The notes below the pieces were generated by a model, which was not told the origin of the DNA, ran no database searches, and saw nothing but the letters and a program-made list of their open reading frames with translations. A stretch of DNA of 64,000 bases from Zancudomyces culisetae HAW-14-8 (taxonomy: Eukaryota > Fungi > Kickxellomycota): NCBI GenBank assembly GCA_052426225.1, contig JBNJNM010000014.1:62001-126000 (forward strand), read 5' to 3'. Positions 43,638-57,176 of the stretch are shown here, one piece after another. Position 1 is the first letter of the stretch. Each line of letters begins with the position of its first letter. A program made the position numbers and the translations under genes.

Positions 43638-46600
43638 TGTTCGTGCGAGGATTATATTACGTCTTTGTTGCCTATTAGAGATTAACAATATTTAATGAAT
43701 CAGGGGAAAGTGAACCAGGGTTCGAAGGATTATCTAGTGCCCGTCGCATTTAATTATCGCCCCTAGCAAAACAGAATGTATAGTATTTATAGTGGAAAAA
43801 TTTGTAGAGTAAAAAGGAGGAAATAAAAAATTGCTAGTTGATATTGATATTGGTATTGATGGATATAAACCTTATTCATCAGTTACTTTTTTTTTTTTTT
43901 TTTTTCATCAATTGAAAGAATAGCTCAGTAAAAAATTATTTGCTCTAAAAAAAAAAAACTCTCTCTCCATTTGAGATCTTTTTTCTATTTTTTTCTATTT
44001 TTTTTTTTTTTGCTTGAATATGGCAATAACAATAAATCACTTGAGTTTAGTGAATGTAAATACCAGTCTCGGAAATCATTGGTTCCTCTATCAACGCAGT
44101 TTTTAATACTATGTAAATTTTACTTAATCCTGTCAAATCCGCTCACCAATAACCTCTAAATAAATTCACAGCATGTGACGATTTGAATGTACATTAAAAA
44201 AAAAAAATGGGTACCAGACTTCAATAACCAACTACTAAATCTCCTAGTGGTCATTATATCTTTTTTTTTCTTTTACAATACTTGCCAAACCATAAAAAAA
44301 AAAAATTTTTTTTTGTTGCTGTATTATTGGATAAAATGCTGATGAACTCCAAGGTTATGCGAGATGTTGTATTACATAAAGCATTGCAACATGGGATTAG
44401 AATTTCCAGATAAGAGCATGATTCTGTGATAAGTAGCTGATATTGATGGACGTTGTATGGTCAGGAATACAAGTAGACATTGTCCCATCTTTTGTATTTT
44501 GTAATGATGAATGTGTTCAATTAGTAATATACAGAAAAACTACAGAAAAACAAGATGTTTGCGTGCTCCCCTCCCCATCTCTTGTGATAGCTTTGTACTC
44601 AAACGTTTTCCTTTCATTAAAGAATACATAGAATTTCTAACCTATTGCACTCCTCTTGATGGATCATAGGACTCCCCAAAAAAAACCTCTAATTTGTTGT
44701 TGTAACTATTCCTAGATGCAGATATCCTCATACTAATATCACTTCCACCAAAGACAGCTTTCCACACAAAATAAACTGGCATTTATGCTGTGGTTTAATA
44801 AACAGGATAAATCGGTTTATATCTGCCTGCTTAATGCATCAAAAAGATAAGCCCGAAAGTACCTATGAATCAACTTTGACATATAAACACCGAAAAAAAA
44901 CGATACTAGTAACTACAAAAAAACTTTTGTTGTAGTAGTGCGAATTCACGTTAATGACACAATAAAACCCTAGGAATCACTACATTAGAGACGGTTGAGT
45001 ACTTGGATGCTAGCCTTGTAGCCGTACCAGACAGATAAAATTTATCAACCCCTGTAATATTTACACGCGCTCATGCATGTACGAGATATGTTGGTGTGGT
45101 ATCTGCTTCAGACGTGTTGTTGAAAAATGAAGAGGCACCGTCAACTTACAGTAACTAAACTCATATCACCTATCACGTCTTTGATGAATATCGCATCACG
45201 AGTTGCAACGTTCTCCAATAGTTGTATCGCCCCACAGTATATATATTTAAAAAACAAGAAACAAAACCCCTGGCTTTTAATATGTGGAAAGTTCCTTTTT
45301 TTGTGCTGATTAAAACCCACTTGAGTACAGTTCTTGTATTTTTCTGATAAACTTGCTTTCCACATCACCAAATGTATATATAGCAAAAATTTAAACTACC
45401 AAGCTTTGTTGATACATGTAGGAAATAGATGACTAAAAATAAATAAATCAGTGATTCAACCACAGCCCTCAGTAGTGAATGTCAGATAAGCCAAGTCACA
45501 CTTTACAATTTGAATTTGAATTTAAATGTACACTAATGTTTATGTTTACGCTTTTAGAACCATAGGAAAAATACTCAAGCGAAAAGTTTAAGGACAAAAT
45601 ATTCCGAAATATATTCGTTTCTGATCCAGTACGCTCGCTTTAAGTGCAATCTTTAATATACAAAACCTTGATAGTATCATAATATGGCATATTTAAAACC
45701 ATTTACAGAAGCTAGATTAAAATGTCAATTGTCGGGATTAGTTGCCCGTTTAAGCTCTAACCCTCTTATGATATTGGTATCACAAAATCACCAATATACA
45801 AAAACTCATCTCATGTTCTATTCAAGTGATACTGTTTCAAACACCATCCAGATAGCTAAACCATATATGGTTATTCGGAAATAATACACATATATGCTGG
45901 GTGTTCGGTTGTTTCTCAAATACAAAAGTTTGTTCAAACCAGACTCTTAAAATGATAACCTTGGTAATTTAACCTAGGAGTCTAAAAGTTATTCACACAA
46001 CTATACGCCCGGGTCCTTTTGTTAAACTCTAAAAAATATAACTTGAAAATGAGCTTGAAATACTTACTTAATAGCTTGTAGCTAAAAACCGACTGTTGTC
46101 AGAGCAAAACCTTCTAAAACTTACCAAAAAGCAGAGATGACTTGCTAGGGTATTATTTTTTTTTGCTGAGGGTGTTATACCAAGCTGATAACAATACACT
46201 ATTACTAGGATATTCAACCTATTTAGTTTGTCAAAAAAGCTATATCAACACAAAAAGACCAAAAAAAAAAGATATACAGCTATCCAAGTACATGGGAATT
46301 TGTGAAAATGGTCGGTAAACGTATTGTGAATGTTGTAAAGAAACATGTAAGTGAGTAAAAGCGATAAAAAAAATTCTGCTTGATGAATTATTAATAAATA
46401 AAAATCTAACCAACCTCACTCTGTATACCTAAGGACTTCATACTTATCAGCTGTATGTTAGAAATGTGCCCAAATCTCGACCTACTCTAATTTCCATTTT
46501 GACTTTTTTTCCTTAAAATCATTATTAAGTTTCAACGATATACCCAAACTTTTGAAACTAAGGCAGCAATCAAGTTTAACGAATTTGATCACCAAAATAC

Positions 46601-47413
46601 TAGATCCTTCTTACTATCAAAAGTGTTTTTGGTTCTTTTAGTTGATCGTATTATAAACCAGTAGCTTTTTTTTAAAAAAAATAGCATGAATTGGCGAGAC
46701 TGTTGTCGATTTCAAAATTAATATATTTCTTGATCTACAAATTAGCTGTTCCATTAAATAGCTACAACAGAATGGATACAACTCTGGCAAATGGAATTAC
46801 AATTATTATCTTCTACAACCACTACTTACACTATAAATACTGTTTTTGTTTCTCTGTTTTTTATTTACTACCAGTGATAATTCAGCTGATGTCTCTCCAA
46901 AAAACAAAACTGATAAGCGCCGATCTATTCAACTAAACCAGCTTCAAGTAAGAGCCAAGTCTAGAGTATTGATACTTTTAATTGCCCACATAGCAACAAA
47001 GATGTACAATTGCTAGAATTTAAAGGCGGGTTTATTCAAATAAGCTAGATTTATGAATATATTTGAGAATACAATATAATTGCAAGAAATAGGTGTATTC
47101 CAAGATACCTATGTGCTATTGATACTATTCTAGACCACAATACTGATATACAAGAGCCTGTTCAACAAATAATTTGCGAGTATATTACAGCTTATACAGG
47201 CTATTGAGTGGTATTCACATTATCTTGTGTATTAGTGTATTAACAATGTGAATAGTAAAACTAGCTCAACTCCCTCAAAAGTATATAAGAGTAGGGTTTT
47301 TACCACATAATTTAAATAAAACACAACATCATTTCGACAGGAAATAAAGCAAATAGATCAAAAACAAAACAAACCAAACCAACAGAAACCAACAGAAACC
47401 ACAAATAGTCAAA

Positions 47414-47995
47414 ATGTTCAAGCCAACTTTAGTCAGCGCCTTGCTTTTCGGTTCAGCCTTGACTAGTGCATTGAACCTCAACAGTACTCAAAAGGAATAC
47501 AACAATGGTCTTGCAGATTCCGAATACAACAACGATCTTGCTAATGCTGAATACAACAACGATCTTGCAGATTCCGAATACAACAACGACCTAGCTGATT
47601 CTGAGTACGACAACTACCTAGCTGATTATGAGTACAATAACGATATGTCTGGTTGTGAATTCAATGATATGCGTGGTCGTGTCAGTGGTGGACGCAAGGC
47701 CAAGAGAACAAGTGTTAGATTGTACAAGACTGCTAACTTTGGCCAAAAAATCAGCAAGCGCAGCGTCAGACGCGGAAAGTGCTACAACACCGATGAATTT
47801 GCATCAATCAAGCTCGGAAAGAAGAGTGGATTGACCAAGCCAGGAAAGGGTGTTATTGTGGTCTGTGCAGCAAAGGATTGTACTGGAAAATGCCAAGTGG
47901 TCCGTAGATCATCATCCAAGACCATTGCCAATGTAGCTGATGTTCTTGGAGGAAACGCAGTTTCATTTGCCTGGCTCAAGGTCAAGAGAACCTAA
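47414..47995 (+). CDS. Arm B copy of the acidic-repeat/cationic-domain prepro-protein, 193 aa
   Basis: Near-identical to 29052..29606, with one extra 9-aa repeat (LANAEYNND), G>R and Y>F changes; TATATAAG at 47282. Confidence 0.9.
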   Translation: MFKPTLVSALLFGSALTSALNLNSTQKEYNNGLADSEYNNDLANAEYNNDLADSEYNNDLADSEYDNYLADYEYNNDMSGCEFNDMRGRVSGGRKAKRTSVRLYKTANFGQKISKRSVRRGKCYNTDEFASIKLGKKSGLTKPGKGVIVVCAAKDCTGKCQVVRRSSSKTIANVADVLGGNAVSFAWLKVKRT

Positions 47996-50270
47996 TTTCT
48001 AGGTTTTAGATTTTCATCCTATTAAATAGCACATTAACTGCATAGATTTTTATTTCTACTTTCATTCTTTTAAAAAACATGAAGAGGTAATTTAAAATAA
48101 AAACATTTTAATAATCAACTGTGATCAGTATATATTCGAAAAGAGCTCAAAGTAAAGCAAAGCGAATATACATCCATTGAAAGAAAAATAGCTAGAAAAA
48201 ACTGTTTGAGCTGATACTTTTTAGATATTATTTAGAATAGACCTGTGATAGATTCAGTTCCACAGTTAATGTAAATATCATAGAAACAAGGTTTGATGGT
48301 TAAGCCTTGGATGGACCGAATTTATCCACACAAGGAATAAACAAATCCAGCAAGAATACTTGTGCTCACATCTTTAATAAACAGGTCAAAATTAGATGAG
48401 AATTAGTATCGAGTCTTGACCATACGGGTAGGTAGTTGACCGCTGTTGAGCTGGTACTCATAGATACCCAGCTTCTGAGGTGCTACTCCTTGATAAGAGA
48501 TAATGGTTAGAAGAAGCACAGTAGATGGATTTAGCAAAGACAAGAAGTTATTCTTTGAGCATTTTGAAGGGAGGTGGGGTGGAGAACCGGGGTAAATTAT
48601 TATGTTGGTGTTAAGGGTGTTATTGGTTTTTACTTGATTTGTTAAATTTGTAGGCAGATACAAATAACATAAGCTTTGATGGGCTCGCATCACTGTATGA
48701 ACCTATCACCGACTATTTAATAGTTTCAATTTATTAATTACGACTAACCAAATTTACTGTAAAGTATTTGATATTCAAGTTCCAATTCCAGATTAATACA
48801 GGCAACAAAAAAATAAGGATTTTGGATTTAACTTGATCTGTGCGAGAAACCGTATACAAGATAGAATTTTGGACACAAAATTCTAACCAGATCGACAATG
48901 CGTACAATAATTACAATCACACGATCTCGTTTTACAATGTTAGAAATATTGATGTCAATACCCTGTATAAAAGAGCTTTGAATGTATCAGTTGTTTGGAT
49001 GCATCAAGCAAACTTAAGTATTAATGAAAGTTTTATTTTTATTTCAATATTAAATATTAACAACAATTTCGCCTACCCAGATACAATTATTTGAGTAATA
49101 CTTTATGTTTCTAATAACATTTTTAACTGATTACTCGTTTTTTTAACCATCTTACTATGGCAATACTAGGTTGGTAAAACTAGATAGACAGATTCAAAAA
49201 CTGTATACAAACCGATGTCTCATGTTTTCTGTTGTTTTTTTTTTCATTTTTTGAACTAGGTTGAACAGTAATTAGATACGACATAATTGTATTTGAGTGT
49301 TTGCATAACAATAGCAGTTTTAACTTTACCCAGCTAAACATATTTTAGTATCCAAAATATTTACTTGGGCAACATTGATCAGTAAATAGTTAACTTGACC
49401 AAGTAAAAACAGTACTAGTATCTATACTCCAACACACAACAGTATACTCTTGATTTGACGCCAATATGGTTATTTTGAGATTGATGCGTAGCTGTTCGAA
49501 CTGAACTATCGAGATTTTCTGCTACTAACTTTTTCAGGTTTCTGTATTTAGTTAATTCATCTAACTTTTTCGAGGTCAAGTGCACTTGCTCGATAGAAAC
49601 GTTTAAATATATAAATCAGCTCGTGAGAACATCAATATAAACATACTTTTTTAGGTTTATAAAATAAAGCATACACAAGAATCACACCTATACAAGTGAA
49701 ATAGTTTACAACAACCTGCACCACACCCATTATGCAAAAGATATGACAACTACACAAAAATTGTAGTATTTGCCTTATTCAAAATTATGTTTATTACGAC
49801 TCAACTCATATATATGAATATCTGAATTAATGGATTAATGGATTCAGTCAACTATTTTAGGAACAGGTTGAAAAAAGTGGATTAATAACTAATATCAAAT
49901 ACGTCTATAGACATTTTCACATCAATAATACTCACATATCTTACTCTCGCTATTTGATAGTAATGGCTACTCGTTACGTAATACAGATACGGGTTGATAG
50001 TTTTGAATAGTAAAGTGTATACTTTGCTCACCACATTCAAGATTAATACATTTAAAACGGCCAGAGCAAAAAAAATACTATATTATTTTTAGATGGAAGT
50101 GCAGTTTATAACAGTTGACAAAACGCTGTAGAAAAACCAACTAAACGAAATACCTATACATAACACTTTAACTCGTAGTGCTTATATTTAATATTGGTGC
50201 GAATTTATTCGTACATTTGAAGAAAAAGCAATCATATGATTGGAAAAAAGCAAAAACCATTAATTGTAGT

Positions 50271-50750
50271 TTAAACGACATTGATAAGGTAAATGCTACC
50301 ACCATAACTTCCACCACTTTCTCCGCTTCCACCACTTCCATCATCTTTGTGATGTTCTCCTTTGTGCTATACTCGGTATCTTCTACCAAATCTATCAAAG
50401 CAAAAGTCATTGAACGATAAATAGTATGGTGGATATGTTTCTACACCAACAACCCCTACTCTACCAATGGTCCTAGCTTTGTATGCAGTACCAACAGCTC
50501 CACTAGCATATTCTGTTGCAACGGCTCCAGCTCCGACTTCATAAGCAGTGCCAACAGCTCTGACGACACAAACTGCAACTGATACTGCCACTGTGTATGC
50601 GACTGGATAATCATACCAGCTTTCGTTTCTTCAGTATTTATGTCTTTCGCGACTGTCTCCGTGGCGGTCTCCATGACCACCGTTACGGCTTGCAATGGCG
50701 GTTCCAGCTCAAAGTGTTAATACAGCTAGGGAAGGGGTTAATAGTTCAGT
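50271..50750 (-). pseudogene. Arm B copy of the Gly/Tyr/His-rich secreted pseudogene
   Basis: Reverse complement of 26292..26771 with the same three stops. Confidence 0.6.
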
Positions 50751-52369
50751 TTTGGTTTTTTCGAGTAGTTTTTAATGCGAGGGTTAGATGTGTATGATAA
50801 ACTGTGAAAGAAAATCATAGCTCTTATATAGTTTTTTTTCTGCATTGTAGAATATCAAGATACAAAGTATGGTTACAGCTATTTCTATTTGGATTAAACT
50901 GTTGTTGTAAAGGGGTTGAGTTTGAATGATTTCAGGTTGGGATTTTTTATAATCTACAATACCATCTTGGCGAGTTATTGCGGTAATAAAATGTAGAACG
51001 TTTTGATTTTCCTGAATAACGACTAGCCATCGTTTTTAATATTTCTAAACATAACTGTAAAATACCTGTTCGTACTAGGGGCAGAATACATACATATTTG
51101 ACAAATCACAATTGAGGCATAACTCGTGTAGAAGGTGAGAATATTGTAAAAGTAAGTTAATGAGTAAAATAAAGTGATAACAAGCATTCCAGAAAAAAGA
51201 ATAAAACTGAGGACAAATATTGTCATTATTTAAAGAAAAAAATTGATCTAGCACTACAAGTACAATGCAGCTACTGTAAATTCGCTTACATACGAGTTTC
51301 GGGGCTTGTAAACCACAATGCAATTATATATTTTATTGTATATTTACAAAATATTGCTTTTCTGATCAAGCAATATTTGTCTAGATACCAAAAAGTTTGT
51401 AAAAAAAACAATCATTTAAACCAAGTTTGTCTCACCTTCATTCCGACTCCCTGGGATACCCGGTACCTGAAAAATATTGGTTCAGGTGGAGTGGGGCTGC
51501 ACTTACTGCCTTTCATAGCTAGGTAACAAAGTGAAAAAGGCTTTGTTCAGAAACCTGCATGTGGAAACTACCGCTCTAGCACAAGTGGCGTTTGTATCCC
51601 GAATAATTCCAGAAAGTTTAAGGTTTAACTCTTGCCTCCAGGAGTTTACCCATGATTTTTCTGCGAAACTCACCATGTTCGAAAATCGTTTTAGTTAAAT
51701 GAAAAAGCTATTTAGATTTATAAACCCCGAAATTACATTTTTGCCATTTTTGACATATCCACTGCAATCTAGTAAACTTTGCCCAATTATTATTTCTTGG
51801 TGTTTTTTTTGTTCATAAGACCCAATAAATAAGCACCCAATAAAATTACAACAAAACAATTCTATGTAATATCAACCTAACCAATTCTCCTCTGTCTCTC
51901 TAGCAACTCCTTACCCACCGGGCGTTGTTTCAGTGATACTTTATACTCAAGATTGATACAGATAATAATCCTCGCCTGACATACTCTATCTAACAATCTC
52001 ATTGTTCGCAGCTTGACTAAACATAAAATGTTTGGCAATTTCTTTTTTCCTGGTAGAGTATCAGATTTTGTGACACTTATTTAAGAGATAGATTCAATTG
52101 TCCATCTCATGAAGTCTCATTTATTTTAATGGTTTTGAGATTTGGATTTGAAATGCTGAATGCATCGTTACTGTAGTATACCACTGACAGCTATATTTTG
52201 GCATTTCTCATAACCATGAATTATTTGTTGCTCTAAAGATTGGTGTATTTCTTTAAATACCACTAAATAAATATGCTTTATTAGAAAGTTAATTGATTTG
52301 TTTACTAAAATTTATTATTATTCCCTTTTTAAAAGCTAACCAAATAATAAAAAGGTTTAAAAATATATT

Positions 52370-53851
52370 TTAGTATTTGCAGTGGGAATTTCTCTCGCAA
52401 AAGAAAGTGGGTTTGAAAACAGATGCTGTGCCTTTGAATGGTGCCATAGCCAATGATGTCATGTTAAAGGTAGATAAGTTATGTGTAACTTTGAGCAAAC
52501 TGTTGATGAAGATTTGGAGTTGAGAATTTTTGCTAACAATCTTGATGTCTTGTAAATTGGCTCTTGTATGAACGCTGTTGCGCTTGACTAAGGCGTATTT
52601 ACCTTTTCTGATGGAACTGGTACCAGATGACAAACCAAATTGTGCTTCTAATACACCGTTAGAGCTATAATACCCGCTGCTGTCCATGAGAGCAACAAAG
52701 AAGTCAGAGGTGGCTGAGACACTAGCAGTGAACTCAAAGTCGTTTGTATCACACGGAATAGTAAGGGCTTGCTTGAAGTCATAATCTTTGTTCTTGTTAG
52801 TGGAGTATAAACAAATGTCAGGACCCACAGAAGTGGAGTCACAGATTGAAGAGGTTGAAGTAGTTGGCTTGATTGAGGTGGTTGAGGTAGTTGATTTGGT
52901 TGAAGTGGTTGGTTTTGTTGAAGTAGTTGAGGTGGTTGGCTTGATTGAAGTAGTTGAGGTGGTTGGCTTGATTGAGGTGGTTGAGGTGGTTGGCTTGGTT
53001 AAAGTGGTTGAGGTAGTTGGCTTGATTGAAGTAGTTGAAGTAGTTGGCTTGATTGAAGTGGTTGAAGTAGTTGGCTTGATTGAGGTGGTTGAAGTGGTTG
53101 AAGTAGTTGGTTTAGTTGGTTTAGTTGGTTTAGTTGGTTTAGTTGGTTTAGTTGGTTTAGTTGGTTTAGTTGGTTTAGTTGGTTTAGTTGGTTTAGTTGA
53201 TGTGGTTGGGCAAAGTGATGTGGTTGGTTTGGCTGATGTAGTAGAAGATGAATGTTTACAGTTAGAATCATTACATTTATATTCAATGTTTTGGATTTTT
53301 GTTGAATCCTTCTCGGCTCCAAACGCAAGCCATGTACTTGATGAGTTTATAAATGTGCTGACACTGTAATCACGTGTTGGCAATGTCAAGATTGGTGTAT
53401 TGTTTCCTACAAATCCAATGCTGATACCTGAGCTATTAACCTGAACATATAATTTTTGTGTATTTGCTGCTCCTGAAGTGATGCCCATCAGCAATGTATA
53501 TTTTGAAGTCCCAATATACCATGATCCATTGTTTACACCAAATACACCTTCAATCACACCTATACTAGTACTCAAAGCTTTTTCCGCACTGATTGCAAAA
53601 TATATATCAGAAGTTTGATCAGCATCAAATGAAACAATGTAATCTTGTGATGGGCAAGAAACATCAATAGCTCTATCCCAACCATAGCTGATAACTGGAC
53701 TATTTCCAGACCCTTGTACAATGTCAATTTTACTGATAAACCCAGAACAGTGAAAACTCCCAGTGTCAATTGAAGTGGGTGCTCCTACTATTGGTAAAAT
53801 GAAGTTAGCCAAAACCAACGGAAATAATGCTGCATATGCGTTTGGTCTCAT
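52370..53851 (-). CDS. Arm B copy of the two-domain mucin-like secreted protein, 493 aa
   Basis: Four substitutions in the globular domains and a rearranged repeat linker relative to 23195..24676. Confidence 0.88.
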   Translation of the reverse strand: MRPNAYAALFPLVLANFILPIVGAPTSIDTGSFHCSGFISKIDIVQGSGNSPVISYGWDRAIDVSCPSQDYIVSFDADQTSDIYFAISAEKALSTSIGVIEGVFGVNNGSWYIGTSKYTLLMGITSGAANTQKLYVQVNSSGISIGFVGNNTPILTLPTRDYSVSTFINSSSTWLAFGAEKDSTKIQNIEYKCNDSNCKHSSSTTSAKPTTSLCPTTSTKPTKPTKPTKPTKPTKPTKPTKPTKPTKPTTSTTSTTSIKPTTSTTSIKPTTSTTSIKPTTSTTLTKPTTSTTSIKPTTSTTSIKPTTSTTSTKPTTSTKSTTSTTSIKPTTSTSSICDSTSVGPDICLYSTNKNKDYDFKQALTIPCDTNDFEFTASVSATSDFFVALMDSSGYYSSNGVLEAQFGLSSGTSSIRKGKYALVKRNSVHTRANLQDIKIVSKNSQLQIFINSLLKVTHNLSTFNMTSLAMAPFKGTASVFKPTFFCERNSHCKY

Positions 53852-55415
53852 TTTTCTCGAATGCCTTTTTTGAAGTGTATAAATGCTCTTGTTTGTAGAT
53901 ATGTGTACTGATGACTATAAAGTATAGTTGTAATTATAAATGTGGAACTTGGTAGATAGTGTTGACTTATATACATTTTGTCACATCTTATTTTGATCTA
54001 TATTTTTGACATTAAAACCGCTTTATGCTCATTATATTATGATACAACATGTCAATATTCATAAATATTAATTTCTACTTCCGACATCCTTCATGTTTTC
54101 TATTTTTAGATTTATAGTAAAAACAGCTATTAAAATTTAATATTTTTTGGGGGGAGGGAAGGGGGTGTTAAGTTCGATAGATTTTGCTAATAAACTGGAC
54201 AATAAAAAAACCTATTATAATAGTGAATACACAGATAGATTATCCCTTAAATTGATTCGAAATATGAAAAGAGGTATCAAGATAGTAAAGTGGGGGGCTG
54301 TACTGCAACTCTTTTTGCGTGTATATAGATGGATTAAGATTTATCCAATTTAATGTTCACATTTGGCTGTTCTGGTTTCAATTAGCATTATATTGATATA
54401 ACTTCAAAAATGAATATTATACAACAGTTTAAAGTAATTGATATTTACGCACATCTACCTGGAAAAATTTGCGATATCTAACCAGGAACAAAGTCCTATT
54501 CACTTTTCCTGTCAATCCTTAATGTTGGTGGCACAATCTGGTCTTTTGGTAAACAGATTTTGCTATCAGTCGTTAAACTAAATAGCCACAATTATTTGTA
54601 AACATGACAACTACTGCTTATTTTATTCAAGACTATTTTCAATTACACTTGGGTACAGCCTCGTTTTTACATTTATTAATAGTACATTGCTAATATTTGG
54701 TATTTTAAACATATTTGGAGCTTTTGGATGGGGCTATATATAATATTTGTTACACAATATAGAATCTGCACATTATTTTATTGTCCGCAACGCTTTACTA
54801 AGTGTCGTTGTAATAAACTATTTGCAATATTAACAAATATGTTTGAAACAGAGTAGGTGGTCTTTTTTAATTCTAAATCCATTGCTATGTGTAGACCCTG
54901 ACTGATAAATCAGTGTTAATATTAAAACACATTTGATGCAAGGCTCGTTGATCCAATAATCCGCTAGATAAGTCATTTGACTTGACTCAAAAAAAAACCC
55001 CAACTAAATGGTCTTTTTTCAATAGTGGGGAATTTTTTACATGGCTTATAAATAATTACATAATCTACCAGTCTAATACAAAAAATAATTTTGACATTTC
55101 TTCCGGTGTTTAAAGTCCGTGACAACTGGTTATTAATTTGAACCCACCGAGATATCCATAAATACTGGTATTCCCACAGTAGATAAGTTTGCGAGGTTTT
55201 TACGGAAGTTTCTCCAGAGAACAAAATAGTGCTTATAGATTTTGATATAAGTAGTACGTACATTAAATGAACAAAAGAAAAGTTTTACAAATTCGCCAAA
55301 TATGGTATAGCGCGAATAAACATATGGCCGAGCTAATGCGAAGAATAATAAATCTTAACCAAAGTGCATAAGATTCGCAGCCAATAACTTAGAATTATGA
55401 TCACGCGGAAGCTGG

Positions 55416-56277
55416 TGAGGTGACCTTCGGGTTTCCCATTCACATATATCGTAGATAAGCCGGGATGATTAAAGAGAAGAGTGGAGATGATAGGGTCATC
55501 AATAAACCTTAAAAATTAAATTTTTAGTGTATGTAGGGTTTTGCATGTCGAAAGAGTAACTGTCGAATGCGTTGTAAATTGAGAAGTGTTTGTACCTGTG
55601 CTATCTTTATCTTTATTGCTATTATTATCCTTATATATATTGAAAATAATAGTACCAGAAAAGGCAAGGCGGTCATTTCTTGATCAGAATTGGTCTTATG
55701 AGTGTAGACTCAAGTGCTGTAGAGTAGAGCCAGAATGTCTGAGAATGAAAATTAAAGCATTGTCACCAAGATCGTAAACTCCACCCAAATCCAAATGAAT
55801 TAGTGAAAACCCGCTTGATTGGTTTTCCATCAACAGAACAAAAAAATTGCAATAATTATTCATATTTATATTTGGACATTCATACAACACGAGTTCTGTT
55901 TTTTGATCCAACGTTGGTGTTAAAAAGAGCTGAAGTGTGTTTTTATCCAAAGGTCTATATTCATTAATAATCCTACACGCTTTGTTAATGGCCTCTGAGG
56001 AGACATCTCCAAATGAAGTGAAATCTTTTATATGTTTTCTGATTACTCTAACACACAACTCTTGCAAACTGGAAATACTCAAACCTATCTCTAATAATCC
56101 GTCTTCAGTTTTGACTACCTTTTTCTTTCGGATTGTCTTTATCATTCCAGTTACGTTGTTTATCTTTGCTGTATTTGTGGCTGCTCTCATATGTTTTCTA
56201 AGCTGTGAAACATAAATAACTGGAACCCCTTGCTTTTTTAGCTCGCGATTATGTTTCGCTTGTTCATACTTTTTCAT
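55416..56277 (-). pseudogene. RAD7: Arm B copy of RAD7-like remnant
   Basis: Reverse complement of 20769..21630 with the same truncation; ten amino-acid differences in the 193-aa ORF. Confidence 0.7.
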
Positions 56278-56951
56278 ATATCTATTAAAAGTTGAACATA
56301 GTATGCTTCCTTTATCACTTTAGTTTATTAACTCTTTCCGGACTAAAAACTTGGCTTTACTCATTGAACACTACTTAACGCGACCACCCTTTCTCGCTGA
56401 ACTAGCGTTTGATTCTTCGTTATTTCCCTTTGAGGATTCAATTCCAAGCTTTCTCTGTCGTGTGCTTTGGGTAAAAGACCTAATTAATGCATTTACTTGG
56501 GAAACTATGATATTCAAAAAAAATTGTTTTATTTAATATATTAACAATCAAAAGTACGCTTCAAATATTCGATCACGTATTGAAGGAAATATTCAGATCA
56601 AAAATTAAAGAGAAAAATTACAAATTGAAATAAGAACTGTAAAAGAATTTAATCGATTATGGAAAATACGACAGAATATGAGTATGACGATAAGGTCGAG
56701 TATGAAACGATAACGGGTATAATAAATGTTAATTAGACAAGTTTTACAATAGTTTTAACAGTAGCAATTAACATATTTAAAGGCAGAAGAAATATAATTA
56801 GAAGTCTCAGCTACTCTTTTTGTAGTTTTGGAATATACAAAAAGACTAGAAAATAAATATGATTGTACAAGGAGTATGTTAGAAATAATTTCTATTTAAT
56901 AATTAAGTTAAAGAATAGTGCTAAGGACAGTTTTGAATTACTAAAATCACA

Positions 56952-57176
56952 ATGCCAGGTCTTATTAATCAACTCCGCTCAGCTATTATCCAAAGGTTTA
57001 AGGGTCAGTGTCGTTATTCTTCTAAAAGTGACTGTTCAGGTGTGTCTTCGATAGATATTGAACTTGAGCCGTCACATGACCCATTGGCTTAACTAGGAGA
57101 TATAGTTCAGCAAGAGTTTCTAACTACGGGAAACCGACTAAGGAGCGTGAACCGTCTGGTCGCGTCCGAAAATTAG
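56952..57176 (+). pseudogene. Arm B copy of the inverted paralogue of the 82-aa orphan
   Basis: ATG CCA GGT CTT at 56952, same premature TAA; QGR changed to QCR. Confidence 0.75.

Noticed and set aside
44300-46400. Moderately GC-richer patches with short ORFs (e.g. ENVATRDAIFIKDVIGD); similar patches at 25380..25620 and 3780..4060
   Set aside because: May be gene or transposon remnants but no recognisable motif; needs translated searches.
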